Shown here: positions 19,442 to 31,454 of the stretch, in pieces | How positions within the stretch are numbered: position 1 is the stretch's first letter | Layout of the letters: the number at the start of each line of letters is the position of its first letter | Assembly: GCA_032718475.1 (NCBI GenBank) | Contig: JAUCBJ010002612.1 | Coordinates: 1-37,116 of the forward strand | From: Nemertoderma westbladi | Lineage: Eukaryota > Animalia > Xenacoelomorpha | DNA length: 37,116 nt | Direction of reading: 5' to 3' | Notes under the pieces: generated by a model | Seen by the model: the letters and a program-made list of their open reading frames with translations, nothing else | Told to the model about the DNA's origin: nothing | Database searches by the model: none | Position numbers and translations under genes: made by a program

Positions 19442-22072
19442 GATTTAAAGACCAATAATTAAACTGCAACCTGAGCTGTTGGTGACGTATATTTTTTGGT
19501 TAAAATAATTTATTTTTTTATTAATTTGGCCACACTAACCTGATACATTCTTTCCCTTTTAGTTGACAACAAACATTATTAATTAACCGAGGTGAGATTT
19601 GAATACTGCATGTCTCCCACCCCTCATCAGCCTCTCTAGGGAGTTATTGTTCACTACCATGAGATCTTCCACGGCATTTATACAGTACTCGGTTTTCACA
19701 AGTTAGGCTACTTTCAGACATTGGTAGAATTTATCAACCAGTCAAGAATGAAAGCCTAGGTAGAGCTGCTAGACTCCACTATTTGTGATGGCCACAGTAA
19801 ACTATTTTGAGATAAATTCGATTAAAGTTTTTGTTGTTGAAATTAAATTAAATGCTTATCTTTTTCTTGTAGCATAAAGAACTGGGGGGAAATTGATTCA
19901 AATTATTTTCACAATGCTTTGTACTAATTCGTACTATTCGAAAATTCAAAAAGCCATTCGCTTTCCTTGAGATAATGTACCCTGCACTGTCGGTTGTTTC
20001 AAAAGAGTGATCCTTTCTGTACTACTACTGTAGTATCATGTTATGTCCTTGATCGAATATCAGAACGTCACGTTGTCGTACAGTGCTTGTCTTTCCTCCA
20101 GCTTGGTTTTAAGGCCTATAGATTCTTTGTAGGATCTCCCACCAGGTAGGTGCGACTTTGTCCCTTTCTACGGTAACTGTCATTACAGTGATCGCAATTC
20201 AAGGTAGTATCAAGATGTAAACAATAAATCCCTAAAGTTACTGTATATACAATAAGAAAGAGGATAAAAAATTATCTATCTTATGGAACAATAAAATAAA
20301 AGTTTTGCAACTTTTTTGTCCATTTCTATCCATACAGTATCTATCTATGTACTTACTATATGATCAATGAATTGTATTTTTGAATTATATATATATGAGT
20401 GACAGTTTTATATTAATGGTATAAGTTTATTGTTAAGATAAAAACAGATGATCTAATAATTACACATTGGTTGGGAAAATTCGCCACGCCTTTGTAAATA
20501 TTCGAAGGTCGATGGTCGAAGGAATTCTTCAATTACTCGGTGTTCCGTTTCAATTACCCTTATATCAACGAATGTATGAATAATAGAATTCGAATTCTTT
20601 AACATCCGATATTTTACTAATAAAATAAGAACGTAAACATAGAACCAACGGTATGTCACGGATTCCAATTGTAAAGTTTGCATAAAATAATTAAAAATGT
20701 TCTTTAAGAATGGGGGTGGATGGTGGATAACCCTTCCTTGGGTAAAATTTTTAAATTTTGGTTTTTATATTCCATCTGACGCAGAATTTATAGAGAATGT
20801 CAAATTTCGAAAGGCTTGGCGAAATCTTTTTTAGTTCTCAAGTTATCGCTGTCTTTCCGTCTACCAGTTTGTCCGTCAAAATTTAAGAAGATCGACAGAG
20901 AAACAGATAGACCGTCCGACAAACAGACTAGATTCCATAATTTTAGTAACATATTGCGCAGCCTTAGTGTTATTCAGTTTGGAACATACCCTCCCAAATT
21001 TTTCTACAAAAATCTTAATGAGATTGCAAAAAATTTGAAACAACTATAGTATAGTTTCACCTCCCTCCTCCTTGCTGGGTGAGCCAGAATTATTATTTTT
21101 GATTTCATTCTTTAGCTACAAGCATTTGAAAAAACTGTCTCCGGCGACATTGCACCAGTCGTACTGTGTATTGTTGATAACGTACAGTATTATTACTCAG
21201 ACATTGCATTGTTCGTTGCCCAGCTACTTATGAGATAAACAAAATGTTCTAGAATATTGTGTATTTATAAAATAGAATAAATGACCTGCAACGGAAGCAA
21301 ATACATGCAACATTCGAATGCCCATATCTTTGCTTCCCGTGCTTGCGTAAACCCACCATTTCGACCGTTTCCTCGTGTTTTTACAAAAAACACACCCGGC
21401 CACTCAAGCCTTGTTTACCCCTTATTCAATTGTTATTTGTATTGTTAATATAGTTAATATAATCTCAGCTATTTCCTAACCAAAATCAAATATTTGTACA
21501 TATTTTGAATACTTGCACGGCCAGCATTCCATTGCTACCAACAAATCAATAGATTGGAGAATAACTGGAGTACGACTGGTACAAAATCGCCGGAGGTACT
21601 TTTATTAAATGATTGTAGCTAAAGAATGAAATCGAAATTTACCCGTCATTCCCCTCATTAAACTTCCTTAAATTAATTGTTGATAACTTAATTTAGCATT
21701 TCCACACAGGGAAAACTCCAAAGTGAAATATAGTGACAGAGATAATGGTAAACTAATGCACTTGTAAGATGTACTTGCAAAATACAAGCACCACCCTGAG
21801 GGCACAACCGCTTCTGTAAGCTATTGCGATCGTACAGTAGAACTTATCAACCTGGCTATGATATTTTTCTATGGCAGACGACTGATGATAGCAATCGTGG
21901 TGGTTAGCCACTGTTATTCGTAAAACGTCTACTGAGAGGAAAGACACTGGTTTTGAAAATACTTTGAATTGAATGAATTGTAGAGTTACATGGGTGATAG
22001 GAAACTGTGGAGTTGTTGTGTTGTGGGGCTGACCGGCAGTGCTGCAGTGCATCCTAGAGATGAGAGGTGGCA

Positions 22073-22490
22073 TAGGTACCCAGCAAACTTCGCCCGCGAG
22101 AATGCTTCGCCCGCGTCCAATCTTCGCCCGGAGAAATCTTCGCCCTCTATATGAGCAACAATCGCCCGGCGGAAACTTTGCCCGCAGACAATTTTCGCCT
22201 GCGAGCTACCTTCGCCCACTAAACAATTATTGTTTTGGTTAGAAAAAGCCGTCTCTGTAACGTGCTCTTTTCCCTCAATTGGAAACAACATCGTTTATTG
22301 TTTTGGTTAGAAAAGGCCGTCTCTGTAACCTGCTCCTTTCCCTTAATTGGTAACTAAAATGGTTACTAACACAAATCTTATCGGGCGAAGGTTGCTCGAG
22401 GGCGAAGATTGCCTTGTGGGCGAAGGTTGTACGAGGGCGATGAATGGACGCGGGCAAAGGTTGTACGCGGGCGAAGGTTGCACCAAACCG
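22073..22490. mobile_element. Non-autonomous DNA transposon/MITE with inverted subterminal TTCGCCC arrays
   Basis: Left arm has repeated (CT)TCGCCC, right arm repeated GGGCGAAG. Two ~67-bp internal units. TGGCA flanks both sides (22068-22072, 22491-22495). Confidence 0.75.
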
Positions 22491-23672
22491 TGGCAAATAT
22501 GTTAGTAGTGTACAGTACTGTATATGGTGGAAATGTCACTCTCTTGACAACTCTTTTGAATTAAATAAGTGGAAAAAAGATATCTGGGCTAATTAAAATA
22601 AAAAGAGCAGATTGCTGTTCCTGGGTGATTGTTAGGAGGACACAGTAGAGTACGCACCAGCGGTACAGTACAAACAGATAATTCATTATAGTTTCATGCC
22701 ATCTGGCACCTGTTATTATCAATGAAACAACAGCTACCTAATTAATCTCTGAATAAAAATCATCTTTGCCAAGGAAACATACTAGGCCTACCTCCTCGTA
22801 AAATAGGAGTTAATACAGTTCAGAACAACATAATGGTTTAGGTGGTTGGATGAAGAAAGGCAATTCATATCGTATAAGTTATGGATGAATGGGTAATGTG
22901 AAGCTGAGTGGGGGCGAGCCATGAATTCGGTCTTGTTCTGAATGATTTACTGTATATAAAGGTAAAGCACTACTGTGCTAGCAAGTTTAATAGGGACTCC
23001 AAAATGTGAAGATTGTATGCAAGCATGAAATATTTATCAAGTATGGAATTAAACAGTTCAATTGGAAATACAGTAGGCCTATGTTGCAAGATGGTACTAG
23101 GCTCGAACTGGTGGCTGTGTGTGTGTACTTTGTTTATAGTACTGAAGAGCAAGGAGTATTTCAACAAATTTAGAAATCGAATTAGCAATCGTAGTTTACT
23201 GTATAATAGAGAAACTGGTATAAATAACCCCCCCCCCCCCCCCCCATTACGTCAATTGAGATAAAAATGCTTATTTATTTAAACAGGATGGAATACGAAA
23301 TAAAGGTATCATTCATACTGAATAAAATTGGTGTCAAATATACAGACTAATATACAAAATTAACTACCCTGCTACTTCCTAATGTCTGACTATGTGTATT
23401 GTAACTCACACAAACTACTTTTAAATAGCGTAGTCAGACAGCAACATTTAAATTATTAGTGCCAATAAAAATTATAATTTAGAGGCGTAAAATACAGTAT
23501 TTCTTTTCCGATTTCAGTTAAATTCCAACGCCAGTTGGACAATTGGATATAAACTTTGGATATAAACTATACAGTATATTTGTTATTATTACAGTAGTAG
23601 GTATAAAGTTTCATTTGTCATATTATTGTACTAAACTATATTCATATATACTTTAATATTTATATGTATATA

Positions 23673-24495
23673 TTTTATAGTATGCTCCCAGTCCCAGATG
23701 TGGCCTCCTTTGTCTGCAGTCTGACACTCTGTTATGTTTATTTTATAGTATGCTCCCAGTCCCAGATGTGGCCTCCTTTGTCTGCAGTCTGACACTCTGT
23801 TATGTTTATTTTATAGTATGCTCCCAGTCCTAGATGTGGCCTCCTTTGTCTGCAGTCTGACACTCTGTTATGTTTATTTTATAGTATGCTCCCAGTCCCA
23901 GATGTGGCCTCCTTTGTCTGCAGTCTGACACTCTGTTATGTTTATTTTATAGTATGCTCCCAGTCCTAGATGTGGCCTCCTTTGTCTGCAGTCTGACACT
24001 CTGTTATGTTTATTTTATAGTATGCTCCCAGTCCCAGATGTGGCCTCCTTTGTCTGCAGTCTGACACTCTGTTATGTTTGTTTTATAGTATGCTCCCAGT
24101 CCCAGAAGTGGCCTCCTTTGTCTGCAGTCTGACACTCTGTTATGTTTGTTTTATAGTATGCTCCCAGTCCCAGATGTGGCCTCCTTTGTCTGCAGTCTGA
24201 CACTCTGTTATGTTTGTTTTATAGTATGCTCCCAGTCCCAGATGTGGCCTCCTTTGTCTGCAGTCTGACACTCTGTTATGTTTATTTTATAGTATGCTCC
24301 CAGTCCCAGATGTGGCCTCCTTTGTCTGCAGTCTGACACTCTGTTATGTATATTTTATAGTATGCTCCCAGTCCCAGATGTGGCCTCCTTTGTCTGCAGT
24401 CTGACACTCTGTTATGTTTGTTTTATAGTATGCTCCCAGTCCCAGATGTGGCCTCCTATGTCTGCAGTCTGACACTCTGTTATGTTTGTTTTATA
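23673..24495 (+). repeat. 68-bp minisatellite, 12 near-identical copies
   Basis: Unit TTTTATAGTATGCTCCCAGTCCCAGATGTGGCCTCCTTTGTCTGCAGTCTGACACTCTGTTATGTTTA; starts at 23673, 23741 ... 24421. Confidence 0.97.
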
Positions 24496-24672
24496 TTTTG
24501 GTTACAGTTAGTTGATCATGCGGAATTTTTGATGATAAAGACGATTCGACTAAAGGGCTGTGTATGTTAGTCTATGGGTGGATTCCAATCCTCTTATAGT
24601 CATACAGTACTATGACGATACAACTAATAGCTAGTAACTATGGTTACTAATAGATTAACTATAGTAACTTAC

Positions 24673-25010
24673 GTCTTGGAGGGACGATCTGTGACGCTAG
24701 AGGTCGTAGACTGACGCGATAAATGGAAACTATGAGATTGGGAGGATAGCAACGCCTCCGTGCGGCTTCCTTGGGAACTCGACGACCCCATCGAAGCTAT
24801 CCGTTCCGCGGTGCTGTCTGCCGCGTCTTGTAGGAGCCACCCGATCCGGGATGTCTTCCGTTTTGGTGACTTGGAGCGCCTCCTAGCGGCGGCCGGCGGT
24901 CCGTACATCCCCGTCACCGTGTCGTCCCGAGACCCCGGGTGACTCATCGTGGATCCCTGTCTCCGCATCCCCGGTCCCGCGCACTGGGAGTTGTGCAGAA
25001 ACTTAGCCAT
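24673..25010 (-). CDS. Probable coding exon of an unidentified host gene (Ser/Arg-rich, low complexity)
   Basis: GC/CpG-rich island in AT-rich DNA that coincides with an ATG-started ORF. The ORF ends at a consensus donor AC|GTAAGT (GT at 24672-24671), and its stop codon lies inside that donor. Confidence 0.6.
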
Positions 25011-25179
25011 TAGTCGTCACAAAGTTTTATCATAAGTAAAATCAACAGCATTGCTTCTAATTCATCATCAGTAGGCCTATGTTACAATATAACATTAATT
25101 ATTATATACAGTAATACAGTAGTAATACATGTTATATCCTATATATACATAAACAGTACAGTATGCTTTATAGTCAGAA

Positions 25180-25612
25180 GGTTTTACCATCAGTAAGTTT
25201 TATAATCAGTTCGTTGTATCATCAGTTAGTTTAGTCATTAGTAAGTTTAACCATTAACCATGAATGAGTTTTATCACAGTAAGTTTTGTCATCAGAAAGT
25301 TTAATCACCAATACGTTTTATTATCAATAAGTTGTGTCATATGTAAGCTATGAGAAAGTTTTATCATCAGTAAGTTTTATTATGAGTAAGTTTAGTTAGT
25401 TTGTCATTAGTTTCTTTTATCATGAGTAAGTTTTATGATCAGTAAGTTCAGTTAGTTTGTCATGAGTTTGTTTTATCATCAGCAAGTTTATCATGAGTAA
25501 GTTTTACCTTTAGTAAGGTTTATTATCAGTACGTTATGTTAGTAATGTCATCAATTGTTTTACCTTCAGTAAGTTTTATCATCAGTAAGTGTATTATCAG
25601 TGAGTTCAGTAG
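25180..25612 (+). repeat. Degenerate ~16-bp tandem repeat (AGTAAGTTTTATCATC-like)
   Basis: Many imperfect copies of CAGTAAGTTTTATCAT; one more copy near 25021-25037. Confidence 0.8.
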
Positions 25613-28484
25613 TAAAATTATTCTTCCACAGCCAGCAGATCTCCACAATTCTTCTATAGCCTAGGGACTCTGGTAACCAGATAAAAATAAATACTTGATA
25701 TACATGTTTACATTTTTACGATAATTTTATTGCGTCAATAATATAACAATCTACACGATTCTACAGAATCTACACGATACAATTTCCCTTCTAAAATATA
25801 TTAACGGCGAAGGGAACATTAACTCTCAAAATTAAATCAATTATTCTGGAGAAACGCAAGTCGCAGATGGATCTGTCTAACATATATTAGTTACTAAATA
25901 AACTGAACTCAGCTCCCTTTCTCTGGAACAATAATATTGGGTCAACTATACACTCTACAGTTAGTTAGTTTAGTTTATTGATCTGTAAAACTTGGGCGGC
26001 CGGCTCTGCTGCGCCAAGGCATTCGTTATCTACATCGCGTCCGTAATTGTGTGAGTACAGTACTGGTAACACTTTAATTTACATTACTTTACTGAACAGC
26101 TAAAGTAAATCAATACATTGTCGGCATATATAATTAATTACAAATATAAAAGTGAACTTAAATTAGTTTATATTTTATGTTAATTATTCTTTTGAGCATA
26201 TCAAATGACATAGTTATTCTACCGTGCAGCTGTTGAGCTGCATACACTGTTGTAGATGTAGGTGCATGTTAGTTATCTTACCCTGTTGCAGTAGTACTGT
26301 ATTTACAATACATTAGAATATAAGGTAATTGCATCTTTTATACATAATATATGCGTTTTATTTATGTGAGGGCTTTTGACCTTACCTTACCTTACAGTAC
26401 GTACCACGTTAATAAACTAGACGTTCATTTTTTGTGCATTAAGGCGGAACTTACAGGAATAATATGTATTCAGATATAAGCGCCTCTACATAACCTTGGA
26501 GGCTACAACTCTAGGCCTAGTGAATGTACTTACGTTAGTTAGTAGCTACGAGATTAGTCAAGGGTAAGACGCATACCGACTAATATTGCTGAAGAAAATT
26601 GTTCTTCTCTATGAGAAGATGCTGGTGGCTACACAATGCAGAAGTAGGCCTATGTACAGTATATCACATATAATAAATATGCATTATTATGTAATTTATA
26701 CTGTAGTGTATGCCGGCTTTAGGGGCTATATCTACATCAATTATATTTCACTATTTACTTTGTGTTTATCAATATCGCAACCTTCATTATCAGCTGGTAC
26801 CGTTGTTGAATGTTAAAACTACACCACCACCCCCACACACCCCCCCCCCCCCCCCCCCCTCCCTCCCCCATAATAGCATATTTCGTTTTATAAGAAATAC
26901 TATATAATAAAATAGTAATTTTATTATTTTATAATTTTAGGCGCCCAAGCTGATGTATTTAAACGTCAGTAAAGGAATACAGGAGTAAATTACTATCTAT
27001 TCCTAAATAACTAATGAATTATCTGCCTTTCTTTTATGTCATCTTACCGGAAATACATACCGCCGGTAAATGGATCCGATATACAACAGATTTGTTTATA
27101 TTATTTTGCCCTCTGACTTGCCAAACAAAACCATAGAATTAAGTTACGACGTAAAAGCAGAAAATTAAGTTACCATTCCAACGCATTTATTATGCATTGA
27201 AATTCAGTTAGTTTTCGTGCAGCGGGGAAGGCGGATTGTAATGGATTTAGAATAATTAGGACAGTGTAGGCCCTAATGGGTAGGCCTAGGTACAGTACAG
27301 TACTGTAGTACTGGTACATCGCTTTTTACGGGGTGTGGTTTCCAATACGTTTGGATTTAGCGTTTCAAAATGAAATATACAATAATACAGCAAGTCTATG
27401 TAAGTCTGTGTGTGTGTGTGTGTAGGCCTTCTTTTTTTCCCTACAGTATTTACTCTACTGTACAGCTCAGTTAGAGGGGTGTGTGTAGGCCGATGTATTA
27501 AGTCCGTATATGTATTACCCGTTATTGTAATTACTAACTAAATTAATTTGTGGAAATTAAGTAAAAATTAATCATGTCTACTGCAGTAGCTCTAAAATAC
27601 AATAATCACTGTCTACAGCTGGTCTACATGAAATTAGACTGTAAAATGTTATGTTGTCAAGTGAGGCATTTTAAAGATTTCTTTATTGGAAACACATTTT
27701 CGTAGAGTCGGGGGTAAATTTTCCACAAGGCGCAGTATGGGTATTAATTTATTATTAACTTGTTGCGCCCGGTCGAGCCGGCATTTATTCATGTAAAATT
27801 GGCAGATAAAACATTAAAAAAACCAGAAACACTGTCCACAGATAAAAGTTATACAGATATCGTTAAGACTTTTATAAACTTTTATAAAAGCCCGGCTATA
27901 AATTACCTCGAGGGTACTAGTATTAGACTAAATGTAACCTAGGTTACATGGACACGTTTGTTTAAAACTATTTAATCAGTTTATGCACAAAATAAAAGTA
28001 GGCCAACGGCCATACAGATTCAACATTTCAAAAGAAATCAAATTCATTGCTGATTTGTAATCAGGAATAACCGCAATGAATCAATATGTGAGGTTAAACG
28101 TGTTACAACACAATACAATAGCATGTTATATATATTACAATGCATATGGTCATTGGTCAATGATCTTATTGCCTTTAGCAAATTAATCAATTGCATGATA
28201 CTATTAAATACGATTAAGTTAGCTATAAATTTTATAATAATGTTTAAATAGTAGTTTGTTAGATTATATGATTCCAAAATGTGTTTATCGCAGAAGGCGA
28301 TTGCCATTTTATAACAGTTTGCAATAAAGCTAGCATCATTTTTCTCACTTAATTTTAGTTCCCCTGGTCTTATTCGTGAGAGCTCGTTGTGTGTTGCTTA
28401 AGTAGAGGTTAGTAGTGAGTGAAGAGTAGGAAGCGGATAGGCCGTTGTGGCTTTGTGATAGGTGCTGCCTAGGCCAATGTGTGC

Positions 28485-29400
28485 CGTTGTAACAGGAAAA
28501 TATGCCCCCCCGGGAAATGTGCCCGGGGGGGCATATTTTCCTAGAAAAAAATGCCCCCCCCGGGCAAATTTCCCTAGGAAAAAATGCCCCCCCTTAGGAA
28601 ATTATGCCCCCCCTGAATTATACAATAAACAAAACTTATTACTACTAAAACTTACAAAAATTATACAAAACAATAAACAGTCACTTTACCAAATGAAGGA
28701 AAGGAGCAGGTTACAGAGGCAGGCCTTTCTAACCAAAACAATAAACGATCATTTAACTAATTGAGGGAAAGGAGCAGGTTACAGAGGCGGGATTTTCTAA
28801 CCAAAACAATAAACAGTCACTTTAGCAAATCAGGGAAAGGAGCAGGTTACAGAGACGGGATTTTCTAACCAAAACAATAAACGATAACATTACCAATTGA
28901 GAGAAAGGAGCAGGTTACAGAGGCGAAATTTTCTAACCAAAACAATAAACAATCACTTTACCAAATCAGGGAAAGGCGCAGGTTACAGACTTAAAAAAGC
29001 TTGGAGCTGCTCGGCGCCCACACAACACCACACACTCGCACTGCTGTTATACCAGTAGTTACTACAGTAGCCTACTGACTTAGATACTTCAGTATGCTGT
29101 TCTACATCCCTTACTACCTTACCTGCTTACCTACCGGCAGACCGGTACCGTACTATTCTTCCAACTATTACAAGTTCTGCAGTTGGTAGATTAAAATTGG
29201 CTACCAGCAGACCGGTATCGTACCAGTTTTCAGACTTTTGAGGGAGGCTAATTTTCCTGAGGGGAGGCATTATTTCCTAAGGAGAAAATGCCCCCCCGGG
29301 CTAAATTTCCTAGGAAAAATTGCCCGGGGGGACATAATATCCTAGGAAATAATGCCCCGGGGGGCATATTCTAGGGGGGGCTGATTTCCTTGTGACACCG
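28485..29400. mobile_element. Non-autonomous DNA transposon with TGCCCCCC/CCTAGGAA subterminal arrays and a central ~67-bp tandem array
   Basis: Imperfect TIRs CGTTGTAACAGGAAAAT vs (reverse complement) CGGTGTCACAAGGAAAT. About 5 internal units GGAAAGGAGCAGGTTACAGAG...CTAACCAAAACAATAAAC at ~28670-28990. Confidence 0.78.
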
Positions 29401-30460
29401 TGTCTTGTTTGTTGTATAATAGGGCATAACCGAGTCCAGTTTGCAATAAATCATTAATACACGTTTCTAATCGTATGATGGCCCCTACTATAGACTTGTA
29501 CGCCTTATCGGCAATGTAGCTGCATCCCAAAACCGTAGAGAGTATTGTTACCCACCTAATTTCCCATAATAATTATCCAGGATAATTATTATCCTGTAAG
29601 ATAAATTCATACCATACAGTAGAGGGGCGAGCCATGCGTGTTGTGGTAGGCCGCAGCGTAGGTTATGTCTTTGTCAGCTTGTTCACACGAATAAGTCAGC
29701 AATAAAAATACAACATAGCTGGACAAAACTTTACGGTTGAAAGGAAATAATACTTCAGTTAGTTAGTTGTTAGGCCTACATAAAGTTGTTGAAGAGCGAT
29801 AAAACTCGAGATTGTGCCAAAAGTGAGTTACGTTATTGCTTTTATATAAGCGTTATAAGAAGCATTGTAATCCGCTAAACGATATCAGTGTAGTTGACAG
29901 GATACAGAATCAAATGATTAAACATGTAAAGCAACAACTGCATTACCATTGGCGAGAAATCTGGCCAATGAAATCACTTACCATTTGTGTAAAAAGAGGG
30001 TAGTGCCAGCATTGTTACTGATACTGACCAATCCCGCTGCGGTAACGATTGGCGGTTTTGTATTGTTGATTGCAGAACTGCGCCTTTCATTGAGAATTAA
30101 AAGATGGAAGTGATGGGAATGATGAAAGTGTCACATGCTGGTGTGGTGGGACTTCCTGTATGACTATGAGTACATCCTGTGTTGTGTTTCAGTGATGACA
30201 ATTCGTTAGCTTATGAATTATTTGACGATACACCCATCAACACCGTTGGGGTAAATAATATTAAAAAATACACTGTCTGTAGTGTACAAGGCAGGTCTGA
30301 ACTGTTGAAGTGAGTTCTTCCCAATTTTGGCTGGATTACTACTGTGCATAAGCGCAACCGCAAGAGTACATTTGGCTACATCAAAATTCATAATAATTGT
30401 ATTGGATTATGCGATTAGAACAGCCACGACAACTGTTGAAGATATATACAGTATTTCACT

Positions 30461-31329
30461 ATGCCATATTATGGCATACATTTAGTATTAATATTCAATG
30501 TTTTTTTGTCAGTGTATTTATTTTCCCAATTTGATTGTTCGTGCTTTTTTTTTCTCAACATCTGATTGGTCAAATCTAAAATAATTTTTTTCTCAATGTT
30601 TTTTTCTCAATGTATTTATTTTCTCAATGTTTTTTTTCGCAATGCATTTATTTTCTCAATGTTTTTTCTCAACATCTGATTGTCTAAACCGTTAATTTTT
30701 TCTCTAAATACGATTGGTTAATCCGCTTTAATTAGTTCTGCCGCCTGTGGCCTGTGATGTACATCTGGTAGCCTATTACTGTATTATTACAGTATTATAA
30801 TAAGTACTGCTGTAAACTGTCCACTGTCTCGTCTTTATAAAGGTATAAGTACATTAAAGCATGGCCTACCGGTACAATTAAGGCAGAGATAGCAAAGTAA
30901 CCTACTGTAAAGGCTGACAGCTAGAGGTGCTGCTGTAGGGTCTATACGAGAGGATAGTCTACAGATGGTTTGTGTAAAAGATTAATCCCCAAAATGTCTG
31001 TCTGGTCTGCTAAAATATATTTTTGCCTTTTTTACGCCGTTTATACGCTATTCTGTCTCTATAGGAATCTTTGTATAATTTTAAAAATACCGCAAATCTA
31101 CAAAATAAGTACGGTGTATACAATTAGCTATTTCCACCCCTTTGCAAGGGCGGACATTACAAACGCGCTTTAATGTCGTTTAATAATGGCGTTACAAATA
31201 GAGGAGCAATTGAGGATTATTAACTGGGGTGCGACCAATCAGATATTGAGAAAAAATAAACATTGAGAAATTAAATACATTGAGAAAAAAAAACATTGAA
31301 TAATAAATATTAATACTCAATGTATGCCA
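30461..31329. mobile_element. MITE with ~24-bp TIRs, subterminal TTTTCTCAATG arrays and a 9-bp flanking duplication
   Basis: TGGCATACATTTAGTATTAATATT (from 30472) vs AATATTAATACTCAATGTATGCCA (to 31329), 1 mismatch. TATTTCACT at 30452-30460 and 31330-31338. Inverted ATCTGATTGGTC/GACCAATCAGAT. Confidence 0.8.
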
Positions 31330-31454
31330 TATTTCACTCTACAAGAACTTAAAAGCAGCTTATCATCCCGCTCACACAGTCACAGGCACCGACTTTGCGG
31401 ATGATCGCACTGCTTTTAATATGCTAGCAGACTGGCTAAGAAGTTTCCTAAGGA

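Noticed and set aside
21753-22496. Several short ORFs, also 28462-28764
   Set aside because: They overlap MITE motif arrays and have no recognisable domain; they are open by composition.
23673-24495. CRISPR array
   Set aside because: Units are head-to-tail identical with no unique spacers, there are no cas genes, and the context is eukaryotic.
29982-30092. Minus-strand exon ending at a G|GTAAGT donor
   Set aside because: Only the donor motif and a short ORF support it; no homology or compositional signal.
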